From Archangium sp. (GTDB taxonomy: Bacteria > Myxococcota > Myxococcia > Myxococcales > Myxococcaceae): 25,598 nucleotides of DNA. Location of the stretch: NCBI GenBank assembly GCA_031367385.1, contig JANLPS010000457.1, positions 1 to 25,598 on the forward strand, given 5' to 3'. Positions 1 to 8,878 of the stretch are shown one piece after another (the first letter of the stretch is position 1; each line of letters starts with the position of its first letter). Under the pieces are notes generated by a model. It worked only from the letters and a program-made list of their open reading frames with translations, was not told where the DNA came from and searched no databases. The translations under genes and the position numbers were made by a program.

Positions 1-162
1 GCGAGCATCGAGACGTCTTGCGTTTTTGAAACAGAACCGTCGCCCATGAACGAGCCGCGTCAGACCAAGCCGAACCGGTGATGTCCAGGCGAAGTTGCCT
101 CTGAGTGCTTTTGCGCTCATTTCGGAGTGCCGAGAAGCCACAGCCGGCCTACGAGGCGATGC

Positions 163-642
163 ATGGCTGACTTTTTCGTTCACCCCAAGGCGCTGTGCGA
201 ATCGACAACCATTGGAGAAGGCACCCGGATTTGGGCCTTCGCGCACGTGCTGCCTGGGGCGGTGATTGGGGCAGGGTGCAACATCGGTGACCACGCCTTC
301 GTCGAGAACGACGTTCGCATCGGAGACCGCTGTACGATCAAGAACGGCGTCCAGCTGTGGGACGGCATCGAGCTCGAAGATGAGGTCTTCGTGGGGCCCA
401 ACGCCACGTTCACCAACGACCCTTTTCCCCGAAGCCGGCATCGCCCCGAGGTGTACCCGCGTACGGTGGTGAAGAAAGGCGCCTCGATCGGAGCGAACGC
501 CACGATTTTGCCGGGCATCACGGTCGGTGAAGGGGCGCTGGTCGGAGCAGGGTCGGTCGTCACCAAAGACGTGCCCGCGAATACCGTCGTGTTTGGAAAC
601 CCGGCGACACCGCGCGGCTCAGTCGAAGAATTTCGGCCGTAA
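163..642 (+). CDS. Hexapeptide-repeat (left-handed beta-helix) sugar-nucleotide N-acetyltransferase, WxcM/FdtC/WbpD-like
   Basis: ATG at 163 gives MADFFVHPKALCES..IGEGTRIWAFAHV; hexapeptide repeats; VFVGPNATFTND.FPRS and GASIGANATILPG..GAGSVVTKDVP motifs; lies near the rfb genes. Confidence 0.88.
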   Translation: MADFFVHPKALCESTTIGEGTRIWAFAHVLPGAVIGAGCNIGDHAFVENDVRIGDRCTIKNGVQLWDGIELEDEVFVGPNATFTNDPFPRSRHRPEVYPRTVVKKGASIGANATILPGITVGEGALVGAGSVVTKDVPANTVVFGNPATPRGSVEEFRP

Positions 643-757
643 AAAAGAATTGTGCCCGCTGCACCTGCTCGAAACGCAACCGCTTGCGCGGTCAGCGACT
701 GTGAGGGCAGGTGCAGCGGGGCACGCGAGCCCGTGAGGGCCCGAACTGCGCCGCGTC

Positions 758-889
758 TTAGTGACCGCGGAAGAAAAACAGCCAAACCAACAGCACGATG
801 CCCAGCGGGGCGCCGGCGATCCAAAGCAGAATGGGCACTCCAACGCGGCCCTTGGGGTCTTGGCGCATCAGCTCAAATTGTTTCTTCAT
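758..889 (-). CDS. Small (43 aa) predicted membrane protein
   Basis: AGGAG ribosome-binding site about 8 nt before the ATG at 889; MKKQFELMRQDPKGRVGVPILLWIAGAPLGIVLLVWLFFFRGH has a basic N-terminus and a long hydrophobic segment; fills an otherwise empty gap. Confidence 0.7.
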   Translation of the reverse strand: MKKQFELMRQDPKGRVGVPILLWIAGAPLGIVLLVWLFFFRGH

Positions 890-1126
890 TGTGTGATCTC
901 CTGGTGGGTTGCCTGGCGTGAAGGTGAGCAAGCGGGGTGCCACCAGGTTCTCCTAGTGAGAGCGGCCTGGAGTGCGTGGCGAGAATGCGCACTCAGCCCC
1001 TCGGGAGCGCCGTCGAAGCGCCTCGAATGCCCAAAATCAGTTGGAGTTTCATCTGTTTCGGAGGTTGGGCGCACGTGCGACTCGTCGCTCGCCTTCCAGC
1101 CTCGTTCGTGGCACATCGCAGCGCGA

Positions 1127-2227
1127 ATGAATGCGCCTTTGCCACTGACTCGCGCGGGTTTGACCGATGCCTTTCGAAATCGCCGGGTGCTGGTCACCGG
1201 TCATACGGGGTTCAAAGGCTCGTGGTTGGTGGCCTGGCTCAACCAGCTCGGCGCGAAAGTGACGGGCCTGGCGTTGCCCACCGACAAGGGCTCGCTGTTC
1301 GATCAATGTCACCTCGCTCAGAAGCTCACGCACCACGAAGGCGACATTCGCTCGCTCGAGACGGTGCGAAAGGTCGTCGACGCCGCGCAGCCTGAGATTC
1401 TCTTTCACCTCGCCGCGCAGCCCCTGGTTCGCCGCAGCTTCGCCGACCCGCTCGAGACGATCACCACCAACATCACCGGCACCGCGCACGTGCTCGAAGC
1501 GATTCGCCTGGGCAACGCACCCTGCGCGGTGGTCGTGATCACCAGCGACAAATGTTACGAGCCGGCGAAGGGCTCCCACGCGCACGTCGAGACCGACCCG
1601 ATGGGCGGCCACGACCCGTACTCGATGAGCAAAGGCGCCGCCGAGCTGGTGTGCGCGAGCTACCGGCATTCTTTCTTTTCGCGACCGCCGAGCGAAGTGC
1701 TGCTTGCCACCGCCCGTGCGGGTAACTGCATCGGTGGCGGAGACGTGAGCGCCGATCGCCTCGTCACCGACGCGGTGCGCGCGTTCGCCTTAGGCAAGGC
1801 GGTCGAGCTGCGAAACCCCAGCTATATTCGCCCCTGGCAGCACGTGCTCGACCCGCTGCTCGGGTACCTGATGCTCGGTGCGCGGTTGCTCTCGAGCAAA
1901 GACGCGTCGTTGGCCGATGCGTTCAACTTCGGGCCTCCGGCGCAAGACGCGGCGACGGTGAAGAAGGTGGTCGAGCTGCTGATTGAATTCTGGGGCCCCG
2001 GCGCGAAGTGGCTCGACGTGTCGGGTCAGGCCAACCCGCCCGAGAACCCGCTGTTGATGCTCGACACCCACAAGGCCGAAGCCACCCTGGGGTGGAGGCC
2101 GGTGCTCTCGCTGCGCGACGCAGTGGAGTGGACAGTCGCCTGGTATCGGGCGTCGAATGATCGCAAAGACATGGTCGCGATGACGGGCCGCCAGCTCGAC
2201 CACTTCATGGAGCGCCTGCCCTCATGA
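1127..2227 (+). CDS. rfbG: CDP-glucose 4,6-dehydratase
   Basis: VLVTGHTGFKGSWL, FHLAAQPLVRRS, ITSDKCYE, GGHDPYSMSK (YxxxK), ARAGN.IGGGD and RPWQHVLDPL motifs; the real start is about 1127 because the upstream part of the 761 ORF is not homologous. Confidence 0.95.
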   Translation: MNAPLPLTRAGLTDAFRNRRVLVTGHTGFKGSWLVAWLNQLGAKVTGLALPTDKGSLFDQCHLAQKLTHHEGDIRSLETVRKVVDAAQPEILFHLAAQPLVRRSFADPLETITTNITGTAHVLEAIRLGNAPCAVVVITSDKCYEPAKGSHAHVETDPMGGHDPYSMSKGAAELVCASYRHSFFSRPPSEVLLATARAGNCIGGGDVSADRLVTDAVRAFALGKAVELRNPSYIRPWQHVLDPLLGYLMLGARLLSSKDASLADAFNFGPPAQDAATVKKVVELLIEFWGPGAKWLDVSGQANPPENPLLMLDTHKAEATLGWRPVLSLRDAVEWTVAWYRASNDRKDMVAMTGRQLDHFMERLPS

Positions 2228-3606
2228 GCAACACGCAGAAAATCGAAGCGCTGACCGCTGAAATCATGGAGCGCGTGCGCGAGATCGCGAAGCTGAAGAC
2301 CGAAGCCGCGCCTTTCACTCCGGGCGTCTCGAAGGTGCCCTACGCGGGTCGCGTATACGGCGAGCCCGAGATGGTGAACCTGATCGACGCCTCGCTCGAG
2401 TTCTGGTTGACCTCGGGCCGGTGGCACCTGCGCCTCGAGAAAGAGCTGGCCCAGTGGTACGGCCTGCGAAAAGCCTACCTCGTCAATTCAGGCTCGAGCG
2501 CGAACCTGGTCGCGGTGAGTGCGCTGTGCAGCGAGCTGCTCGGCAACCGCCGAATGCGGCCAGGCGATGAGGTGATCACGGTCGCGGCGGGCTTCCCCAC
2601 CACGGTCGCTCCGTTGTTGCAGAACCGGTTGGTGCCGGTGTTCGTCGACGTCTTGCCCGGCACGTGGAACTGCGATGTCACCCAGCTCGAGGCCGCACGC
2701 ACTGACAAGACGCGTGCGGTGGTGATGGCCCACACGCTGGGCAACCCCTTCGATCTCGGCGCGGTGAAGGCCTTCTGCGATCGCCACAAGCTGTGGCTCA
2801 TCGAAGACAACTGCGACGCGGCGGGCTCGCTCTACAACGGGCAAAAGACCGGTACGTTCGGGCACCTGGCGACGTTGTCGTTTTACCCTCCGCACCACAT
2901 GACGACCGGTGAGGGCGGCGCGATTCTCACCAACGACCCCGCGCTGGGCCGCATCATCGAGTCGGTGCGCGACTGGGGCCGTGACTGCTGGTGCCCCTCG
3001 GGCGTCGACAACACCTGCGGCAAGCGCTTCGAGCACACCGGTTTGGGCACGCTGCCGAAGGGGTACGACCACAAGTACACCTACCGTCACCTTGGCTACA
3101 ATTTGAAGATGACCGACCTGACGGCCTCGGTCGGCGTGGCGCAGCTGGCCCGCCTCGACGGCTTCGGAGCGGCTCGGCGCGCGAATTGGTCGTACCTGCG
3201 GCACGCGCTCGACGAGCTGAGCCCGTACCTCGACTTTCCCGAGGCGACGCCGGGGTCTGACCCGAGCTGGTTCGGCTTCATCTTGACGGTGAAAGACAAC
3301 GCGCCGTTCACCCGAGACGAGGTCGTGCAGCACCTCGAAGCGCAGAAGATTCAGACCCGCATGTTGTTCGCCGGCAACCTGATTCGCCAGCCGGCCTTCA
3401 CTGATCTGGTCAAAGAGACGCAGCTGCGCGGCGAGCCGATGCCGTACCGCGTGGTCGGAGAGCTCACCAACACCGACCGCGTGATGAATCGCGCATTCTG
3501 GCTGGGCGTGTACCCGGGCATGACCGAGCCGATGCGCAAGTACATGGCCGACACGCTGACCGCGTTCGTGAAGAAGCGCGCTACCGCCGAGGGAGAACAG
3601 CCGTGA
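2224..3606 (+). CDS. rfbH: CDP-4-keto-6-deoxyglucose 3-dehydratase (E1; RfbH/DdhC)
   Basis: NSGSSANL, AGFPTT, AHTLGNPF, IEDNCDA, SFYPPHHMTTGEGG (His in place of the PLP Lys), RDWGRDCWC...DNTC Fe-S Cys motif, YDHKY; ATGA overlap with rfbG. Confidence 0.96.
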   Translation: MSNTQKIEALTAEIMERVREIAKLKTEAAPFTPGVSKVPYAGRVYGEPEMVNLIDASLEFWLTSGRWHLRLEKELAQWYGLRKAYLVNSGSSANLVAVSALCSELLGNRRMRPGDEVITVAAGFPTTVAPLLQNRLVPVFVDVLPGTWNCDVTQLEAARTDKTRAVVMAHTLGNPFDLGAVKAFCDRHKLWLIEDNCDAAGSLYNGQKTGTFGHLATLSFYPPHHMTTGEGGAILTNDPALGRIIESVRDWGRDCWCPSGVDNTCGKRFEHTGLGTLPKGYDHKYTYRHLGYNLKMTDLTASVGVAQLARLDGFGAARRANWSYLRHALDELSPYLDFPEATPGSDPSWFGFILTVKDNAPFTRDEVVQHLEAQKIQTRMLFAGNLIRQPAFTDLVKETQLRGEPMPYRVVGELTNTDRVMNRAFWLGVYPGMTEPMRKYMADTLTAFVKKRATAEGEQP

Positions 3607-4370
3607 AAGTCGTGATTCTTGCTGGTGGTTTGGGCACGCGGCTCTCTGAAGTGACCGACGATCGCCCCAAGCCCATGGTCGAGATCGGTGGCCAGCCGAT
3701 TCTCTGGCACATCTTGAACATCTACGCGGCGCACGGCTTCAACGAGTTCATTCTCGCGCTCGGCTACAAGCAGCACGTCGTCAAAGATTTCTTTCTGCAC
3801 TACCGCGAACGGCACTCAGACCTGACGGTCGATCTCGGCGCGGGCACCAAGACGATGAGCGAGTCGAAGGCGCCTCCGTGGAAGGTGCACATGGTCGACA
3901 CCGGCTTGACGACCCAGACCGGTGGCCGTGTGAAGGCCCTCAAGGAGTGGATCGGCAATGAGACCTTCATGCTGACCTACGGCGACGGCGTGGCCAACGT
4001 CGACATCAAGGCCCTGGTCGCCTACCACAAGTCGCACGGCAAGCTCGCTACGGTAACCGCGGTGCGCCCGACGGCCCGCTTCGGTGAGATGAAGATCGCC
4101 AACGGGCAGGTGATGGAGTTCAAAGAAAAACCGCAGACCGAGATCGGGTGGATCAACGGCGGCTTCTTCGTGCTCGAGCCCAAGGTCATCGACTACATCG
4201 CGCATGACCAGATGCCCTGGGAGCTCGAGCCGCTCAACAAGCTGACCCAAGAAGGCCAGCTGATGTCATTCGAGCATGGTGGCTTCTGGCAACCGATGGA
4301 TACGCTGCGAGATCACCGCCTGCTCGAGTCGCTGTGGCAGAGCGGCAAGGCCCCGTGGAAAGTTTGGTAA
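3603..4370 (+). CDS. rfbF: Glucose-1-phosphate cytidylyltransferase
   Basis: VILAGGLGTRLSE...PKPMVEIG, VDTG..TQTGGR, LTYGDG, WINGGFFV, FWQPMDTLRD and C-terminal APWKVW; GTGA overlap with rfbH. Confidence 0.96.
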   Translation: MKVVILAGGLGTRLSEVTDDRPKPMVEIGGQPILWHILNIYAAHGFNEFILALGYKQHVVKDFFLHYRERHSDLTVDLGAGTKTMSESKAPPWKVHMVDTGLTTQTGGRVKALKEWIGNETFMLTYGDGVANVDIKALVAYHKSHGKLATVTAVRPTARFGEMKIANGQVMEFKEKPQTEIGWINGGFFVLEPKVIDYIAHDQMPWELEPLNKLTQEGQLMSFEHGGFWQPMDTLRDHRLLESLWQSGKAPWKVW

Positions 4371-4393
4371 CCGCGCGTTAGATCTGCGAGCCC

Positions 4394-5323
4394 ATGGCAA
4401 CGCCGAACAAACTGTCGCTCCCCGTTTCGACCTCGACTGGCAAGCCCGAGTGGCTGAAGGTCAAGTTGCCGAGGGGCGAAGAGTACGAGCGCATCAAGGG
4501 GCTCGTGCGCGAGCTGAAGCTTGCGACGGTGTGTGAAGAGGCGCGCTGCCCGAACATCGCTGAGTGCTGGGGTGGTGGTACGGCGACGGTGATGTTGATG
4601 GGCGAGGTGTGCACCCGCGCGTGCCGGTTCTGCCACGTGAAGGTGGGGGCTCCGCCGCCGCTCGACCCGATGGAGCCCGAGAACTTGGCCCACGCGGTCA
4701 AGGCGATGAACCTCGAATACATCGTGGTGACGAGCGTGAACCGCGATGACCGACCTGATGGCGGGGCGAGCCATTTCGCCGCGGCGATTACGGCGTTGCG
4801 GCGCGAGTCTCCGAAGACCACGGTCGAGGTGCTGATCCCCGATTTTCAGGGCGTCGAGGCGTCGCTTGCGACCGTGGCCGAGGCCCGGCCTCACGTGGTG
4901 GCGCACAACATCGAGACGGTCGAGCGGCTCACGCCGAGCGTGCGAGACCGGCGTGCGACGTACCGGCAGTCACTCAAGGTGCTCGAGTATTTGAAGGGCC
5001 GGCCCGAGAAGCTCTACACGAAGAGCTCGGTGATGATCGGCCTGGGCGAGACCGACGACGAGCTCGATCAGACCTTTCGCGAGCTGCGATCAGCCGGGGT
5101 CGATGTGCTCACGCTGGGGCAATACCTGCAGCCTTCGCAGTACCACTTGCGGGTGGCGCGTTTCGCGACTCCGGCGCAGTTCGAGCAGTACAAGGCGATG
5201 GCCGAGGCCCACGGGTTTCTCTACGTCGCGTCGGGGCCGCTGGTTCGCTCGAGCTACCGCGCGGCGGAGTTCTTCATGAAGGGCTTGATGGAGCGGGAAC
5301 GCACCGCAGCGAGTGTCGCGTAA
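4394..5323 (+). CDS. lipA: Lipoyl synthase
   Basis: KPEWLK, CEEARCPNIAECW (auxiliary cluster), CTRACRFC (radical SAM), HNIETV, GQYLQPS and SGPLVRSSY motifs. Confidence 0.97.
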   Translation: MATPNKLSLPVSTSTGKPEWLKVKLPRGEEYERIKGLVRELKLATVCEEARCPNIAECWGGGTATVMLMGEVCTRACRFCHVKVGAPPPLDPMEPENLAHAVKAMNLEYIVVTSVNRDDRPDGGASHFAAAITALRRESPKTTVEVLIPDFQGVEASLATVAEARPHVVAHNIETVERLTPSVRDRRATYRQSLKVLEYLKGRPEKLYTKSSVMIGLGETDDELDQTFRELRSAGVDVLTLGQYLQPSQYHLRVARFATPAQFEQYKAMAEAHGFLYVASGPLVRSSYRAAEFFMKGLMERERTAASVA

Positions 5324-5326
5324 ACT

Positions 5327-5674
5327 TCACGCGCTGGCGTAGGCGTATTCGTTGAACTGCTCACCGTCGATGGCCCGCTCGATCACTGCGGTGGCGGTGG
5401 CGTCGATGCGAATGAAGCGAATGCCCAATTCGTGCGGCTGACCCATCGTCTTCTTGATCCACCGCACCTCACCGACTGCCTCGACGACTCCGGTCGGCAA
5501 CCGAAACGAGAGGTGAAGCGTCGCGCCTTTTTTGATCGGCAGCGGCGTCGCCAGACAGAGCCCGCTGGTCGACACGTCGCGAATTTCTCCGCGAATGAGC
5601 ATGGCAGCCGTGCCGGCACCGGCAATGCGGGCGTTGCAAGCGAAGCGGGGGAGTCGGGGCTTGAGAAGCAGCAT
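5327..5674 (-). CDS. Single-domain PilZ protein
   Basis: GGAGGAG RBS before the ATG at 5674; RLPRF...IRDVSTSGL (DxSxxG), GEVRW and LGIRF, typical of PilZ barrels. Confidence 0.85.
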   Translation of the reverse strand: MLLLKPRLPRFACNARIAGAGTAAMLIRGEIRDVSTSGLCLATPLPIKKGATLHLSFRLPTGVVEAVGEVRWIKKTMGQPHELGIRFIRIDATATAVIERAIDGEQFNEYAYASA

Positions 5675-5811
5675 GGTGCGGCTCCTCCATATCAACTTTC
5701 ACGCCACGACATGACGCAGCGCGCTGTTGCAGTGGGGCTGAATTGAGTCGTGGTTTTGAGGGGTTATTCGCCGCCCGCGCGATGGCGCTTTTTGCGCCCC
5801 CCGCCATTCGG

Positions 5812-6432
5812 TCACACCTCAGCCGGGCGGAGCGGGCGTTCAAAGAGCCCCAAAAATGCCCTGCCCAGTGCCGCGTCGCCCTCGAATGCGACGCCCTCGA
5901 GCTGCCCGGTGAAGACGGCGGCCCGCAGTGACGCGGCCGATGCAGTGATGATCACGTCGGCCTTGCGCGAGCCCCTGACGATTTCGAGCTCTCGATTCGC
6001 GACCGTCGCGGTCATGCGGTCTTCTCCGATGCGGAGCTCGCAAGTGGCCCAGACGTCTCGAGATCGCGCGGGCACAAACGTCGTTTCCAGCGCCAGCATC
6101 AGCGCATCGACGCTCATGGCGCGCTTCGAGGTCGAGGCGGCCTGCGCGCCCCAGTGACCGAGCTGCATCAAGATCGGCTTGAGCGCTTGGCCCCACTCGG
6201 TGAGCTCGAAGCCGCGGGTAAGTCTGCGAATGACTCCGGTTCTGGTGAGCTCGGCCAGGCGGTGCGAGAGCACATTGGGGCTGGCTCCAATCAGGGCGTC
6301 TCGCAGCTCGGTGAACCGCTTCGGCCCGTAAGTGAGCTCGCGAATGATCAGCAGCGCCCACCGCTCTCCGAGCACATCGAGCGCCCGCGCGATGCCACAG
6401 GGGTCTTCGTAAGTACGCAGAGCTCTTTTCAT
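5812..6432 (-). CDS. HxlR-family winged-helix regulator with C-terminal SCP2-like domain
   Basis: YEDPCGIARALDVLGERWALLIIREL..GPKRFTEL and ELTEWG motifs; C-terminal ADVIITA...FEGD pattern of the SCP2 fold; start taken at ATG 6432. Confidence 0.88.
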   Translation of the reverse strand: MKRALRTYEDPCGIARALDVLGERWALLIIRELTYGPKRFTELRDALIGASPNVLSHRLAELTRTGVIRRLTRGFELTEWGQALKPILMQLGHWGAQAASTSKRAMSVDALMLALETTFVPARSRDVWATCELRIGEDRMTATVANRELEIVRGSRKADVIITASAASLRAAVFTGQLEGVAFEGDAALGRAFLGLFERPLRPAEV

Positions 6433-6442
6433 GGTTGCTTCG

Positions 6443-6469
6443 TAGGACTCATAAGTCCTAGAAAAGGAC
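6443..6469. promoter_or_regulatory. Overlapping inverted repeats upstream of the HxlR gene (putative operator)
   Basis: TAGGACT-cata-AGTCCTA (6443-6460) overlapping GTCCT-agaaa-AGGAC (6455-6469), 10-37 nt upstream of the start codon. Confidence 0.55.
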
Positions 6470-6501
6470 AATGCAAACCCTCAAAGTCTTTGAGAGCGTC
6501 T

Positions 6502-8064
6502 TCACTGCTGGCGGTCGTTGTGTGGCACTTCGCCGCTGTAGATCACCCGCATCGGCGTGGCGTCTTGCCAGAACGCAGTCACCACGTCTTTCAAGGTCTG
6601 CCCCGCGGGCAACCCGGGCGGCTGGTAGGGCCAGACGAGCTCGTCGACGACCATGCCGTGGAGGTTGGCATCGGCGTCATTGGTTTGAGGGTCGGCCGGT
6701 GCATAGAGCCACTGCACGGGCTCGAGGGTCTGGTTGATGGTCGTCAGGTAGTCGGCCCTCGCGGCGATCGCCTGGCTGTCAGTCGTCTCAGCGTAGGGGA
6801 TCAGGTAGTCGTTGAGCGCGCCCTGATCGAGCCGATTCTTGGCGACCATGGTGCGAATGCCCCAGCCCACCGGGCCCGCCGAGGTCGCTGCCGTGTAGTT
6901 GAGAAGCCCGCCTTTGCAGGTCGACTTGGGCACGCCTTTGCTTTTCGCGAGCGCGAGGCACTTCGGGTCGGCGTCGAAGCCGTAGATTTGCTCGATGTTG
7001 GCGGCGATGGTTTCCAAAGGCATTTTGCTGCCGCGGTAGGTGAAATTCGGGTCGCTGAACAAGTCGTCGGTCCACGCGGCGCTCGCGAGCACGGCGATCG
7101 ATCGGTTGGCGATGCTCTGCGGCATGCGCGAGGCGAAGAGATCGAAGTTGATGAAGGCCCCGACCCCTCCGGCGGAGTTGCCTGTGACGAGCAGCTGGCT
7201 CGCGCCGTCACGCAGCCCGTAGTTTCGAAACAAGACCTCTGCGATCGAACGGGCATTGTTTCGCCCGGTGAAGACCCACTGGGCGGTGGTGGTCTTGATC
7301 GGCACCGTTTGCGGGGTCGAATTGGTGCCTGACCAGCCATCACTCGAGCAGTAATTGCCGAACGCGAAGTTCGCGTCGAAGAACATCGGGTTGATGTCGG
7401 GGTCTCGGCTCAAGATCACGCCGAGCGACGTGGTGTAGCTGTTCGAGCGATCGGCCGGGTAGCCCTTGGTCGAGATCAGGCCGACACCGCGGCCTCCGCA
7501 GGGGTTGTACTTGCCGTCGCAGTTGCCGCCGCCCTCGAAGTACACGACCCACTTGTCAGTTCGGGTGGGCGCCAGCGAGATCTGAAAAGCGAAGGGCGTT
7601 TGATCATTGCACTGCGCCTTCGACCATCGGGCATCACGGCTGGCCGGGTAGATGGTCTCGTTCTTCTGGGCCCCGATGGAGCAGCCGGTCACGTCGTAGC
7701 CGGAGCAGTCGCTGCGACAGGTGGCGGAGCCGGCGCTCCACACCGCTCCGAGCGTGGCGCAATCGACCGGTTGAGCGCTGTCACACAGCTCGTCACCTTC
7801 GATGACGTGGTCGCCGCACGCGCCGGGCATGCCCGCGTCGACGGGGGCACTGCCCGCATCATGAAGCTCGATGCCGGCGTCGAAGGGAGTAGAACCGGCG
7901 TCTTCGGCCCCGCCAGTGCCAGCGTCTCGTTGCTCGTGCGTACCGGCGTCGATGGCCGCCACCAGGCCCGCGTCACCCAGGGCCTCTTCTGTGTTCTTGC
8001 CTCCACAGCCGAGAAGCGAGACCAACCCAGCAGCCACCAGACAGCTCGAAGTTCTTGAGGTCAT
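6502..8064 (-). CDS. Pectinacetylesterase/Notum-family hydrolase, predicted lipoprotein with Cys-rich repeat
   Basis: Start MTSRTSS at 8064; lipobox LLG-C; DAG-rich linker; CGDHVIEGDELCD repeat; CNDQTP, VYFEGGGNC, YCSSDGWSG and GNSAGG nucleophile motif. Confidence 0.8.
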   Translation of the reverse strand: MTSRTSSCLVAAGLVSLLGCGGKNTEEALGDAGLVAAIDAGTHEQRDAGTGGAEDAGSTPFDAGIELHDAGSAPVDAGMPGACGDHVIEGDELCDSAQPVDCATLGAVWSAGSATCRSDCSGYDVTGCSIGAQKNETIYPASRDARWSKAQCNDQTPFAFQISLAPTRTDKWVVYFEGGGNCDGKYNPCGGRGVGLISTKGYPADRSNSYTTSLGVILSRDPDINPMFFDANFAFGNYCSSDGWSGTNSTPQTVPIKTTTAQWVFTGRNNARSIAEVLFRNYGLRDGASQLLVTGNSAGGVGAFINFDLFASRMPQSIANRSIAVLASAAWTDDLFSDPNFTYRGSKMPLETIAANIEQIYGFDADPKCLALAKSKGVPKSTCKGGLLNYTAATSAGPVGWGIRTMVAKNRLDQGALNDYLIPYAETTDSQAIAARADYLTTINQTLEPVQWLYAPADPQTNDADANLHGMVVDELVWPYQPPGLPAGQTLKDVVTAFWQDATPMRVIYSGEVPHNDRQQ

Positions 8065-8118
8065 TCGCGGCAGAACACTGACCCCCGAATTTGGTCTCAC
8101 CGGTGCGTTTTGAGCGTG

Positions 8119-8130
8119 TGTGACGTCACA
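8119..8130. promoter_or_regulatory. Perfect 12-bp palindrome TGTGACGTCACA in a divergent intergenic region
   Basis: Read directly from the sequence; lies between the divergent starts at 8064 and 8240. Confidence 0.35.
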
Positions 8131-8239
8131 TTGTGCGCATGCGTCATGTGCGCGAGCTGACCACACAGAAAAAAGAGACCCGCGAAAATGATTCGCAACC
8201 TCGCCGTGTTGCATCAGCCAATCGAGGTAAAACGCCCAC

Positions 8240-8875
8240 GTGATCAAGTTTTTGAAGGTCGTCGCGAAGAAGCTCAACCGCGATCGAAAGATGTCCCTCC
8301 GGGTCTTGGTCGACAAGGGAGTCTCGTATGCGCTCGCGACGGCGACGGCTCCGTTGTACCTGCGAGCCGTGACCGAGGTCGGTAGCCGGGTCAGAACGAT
8401 GGGGGCGCCGCGCATCGTCAACTACGGCGTGATGCGAATCGGCAATGACGTGCGCATCTCGTCGCATGTCGTGCCCGTCGAGCTCGCCACGGGAGAGGGC
8501 GGAGAGCTGCTCATCGGCAGCGGCGTGCACATCAACTACGGCGTCTCGATCGGCGCGACCAAGTCGGTGCATATCGGCGACCGGGTGCGCATCGGGCCCT
8601 ATACGCGCATCGTCGACAGTGATTTTCACGACATCTACAACCGAGCGCTGCCGGGCAAACCCTCACCCGTCGTGATCGGCAACGACGTGTGGATCGGCAT
8701 GAACGCGGTGATTTTGCCGGGGGTTCACGTCGGCAGAGCCGCCGTGATCGGCACCGGCGCGGTGGTGACCAAAGACGTGCCCGACTTCGCGGTGGTCGGA
8801 GGCGTGCCCGCGAAGGTCTTGCGAATGCTCGACCCCGCGAAGTTCGTGCAAGACGTCACCGACCACCACCACTGA
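8240..8875 (+). CDS. Hexapeptide-repeat O-acyltransferase (maltose/galactoside acetyltransferase-like)
   Basis: IVDSDFH, PVVIGNDVWIG..AVILPGV.VG..AVIGTGAVVTKDVP...VGGVPA. Confidence 0.88.
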   Translation: MIKFLKVVAKKLNRDRKMSLRVLVDKGVSYALATATAPLYLRAVTEVGSRVRTMGAPRIVNYGVMRIGNDVRISSHVVPVELATGEGGELLIGSGVHINYGVSIGATKSVHIGDRVRIGPYTRIVDSDFHDIYNRALPGKPSPVVIGNDVWIGMNAVILPGVHVGRAAVIGTGAVVTKDVPDFAVVGGVPAKVLRMLDPAKFVQDVTDHHH

Positions 8876-8878
8876 CGT

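Noticed and set aside
1..120. Possible start of a minus-strand gene running off the left edge (ATG at 120 or 47)
   Set aside because: Too short, with no recognisable motif to choose a frame.
1109..1123. Possible sigma-54 promoter TGGCAC upstream of rfbG
   Set aside because: The GG-to-GC spacing is one base short of the required 10, there is no TTGC, and it is too close to the start codon.
761..1126. 122-aa N-terminal extension of the rfbG ORF
   Set aside because: It has no dehydratase similarity and overlaps the better-supported antisense microprotein; it is an artefact of longest-ORF calling.
6154..7332. 392-aa + strand ORF (and similar long ORFs at 12324-13418, 14277-15551, 18599-19594, 22940-23962)
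   Set aside because: These are antisense shadows of well-supported genes, expected in high-GC DNA, and have no motifs.
8065..8421. N-terminal extension of the 639-aa ORF
   Set aside because: It overlaps the acyltransferase on the other strand, and the lipoprotein signal begins at 8064.
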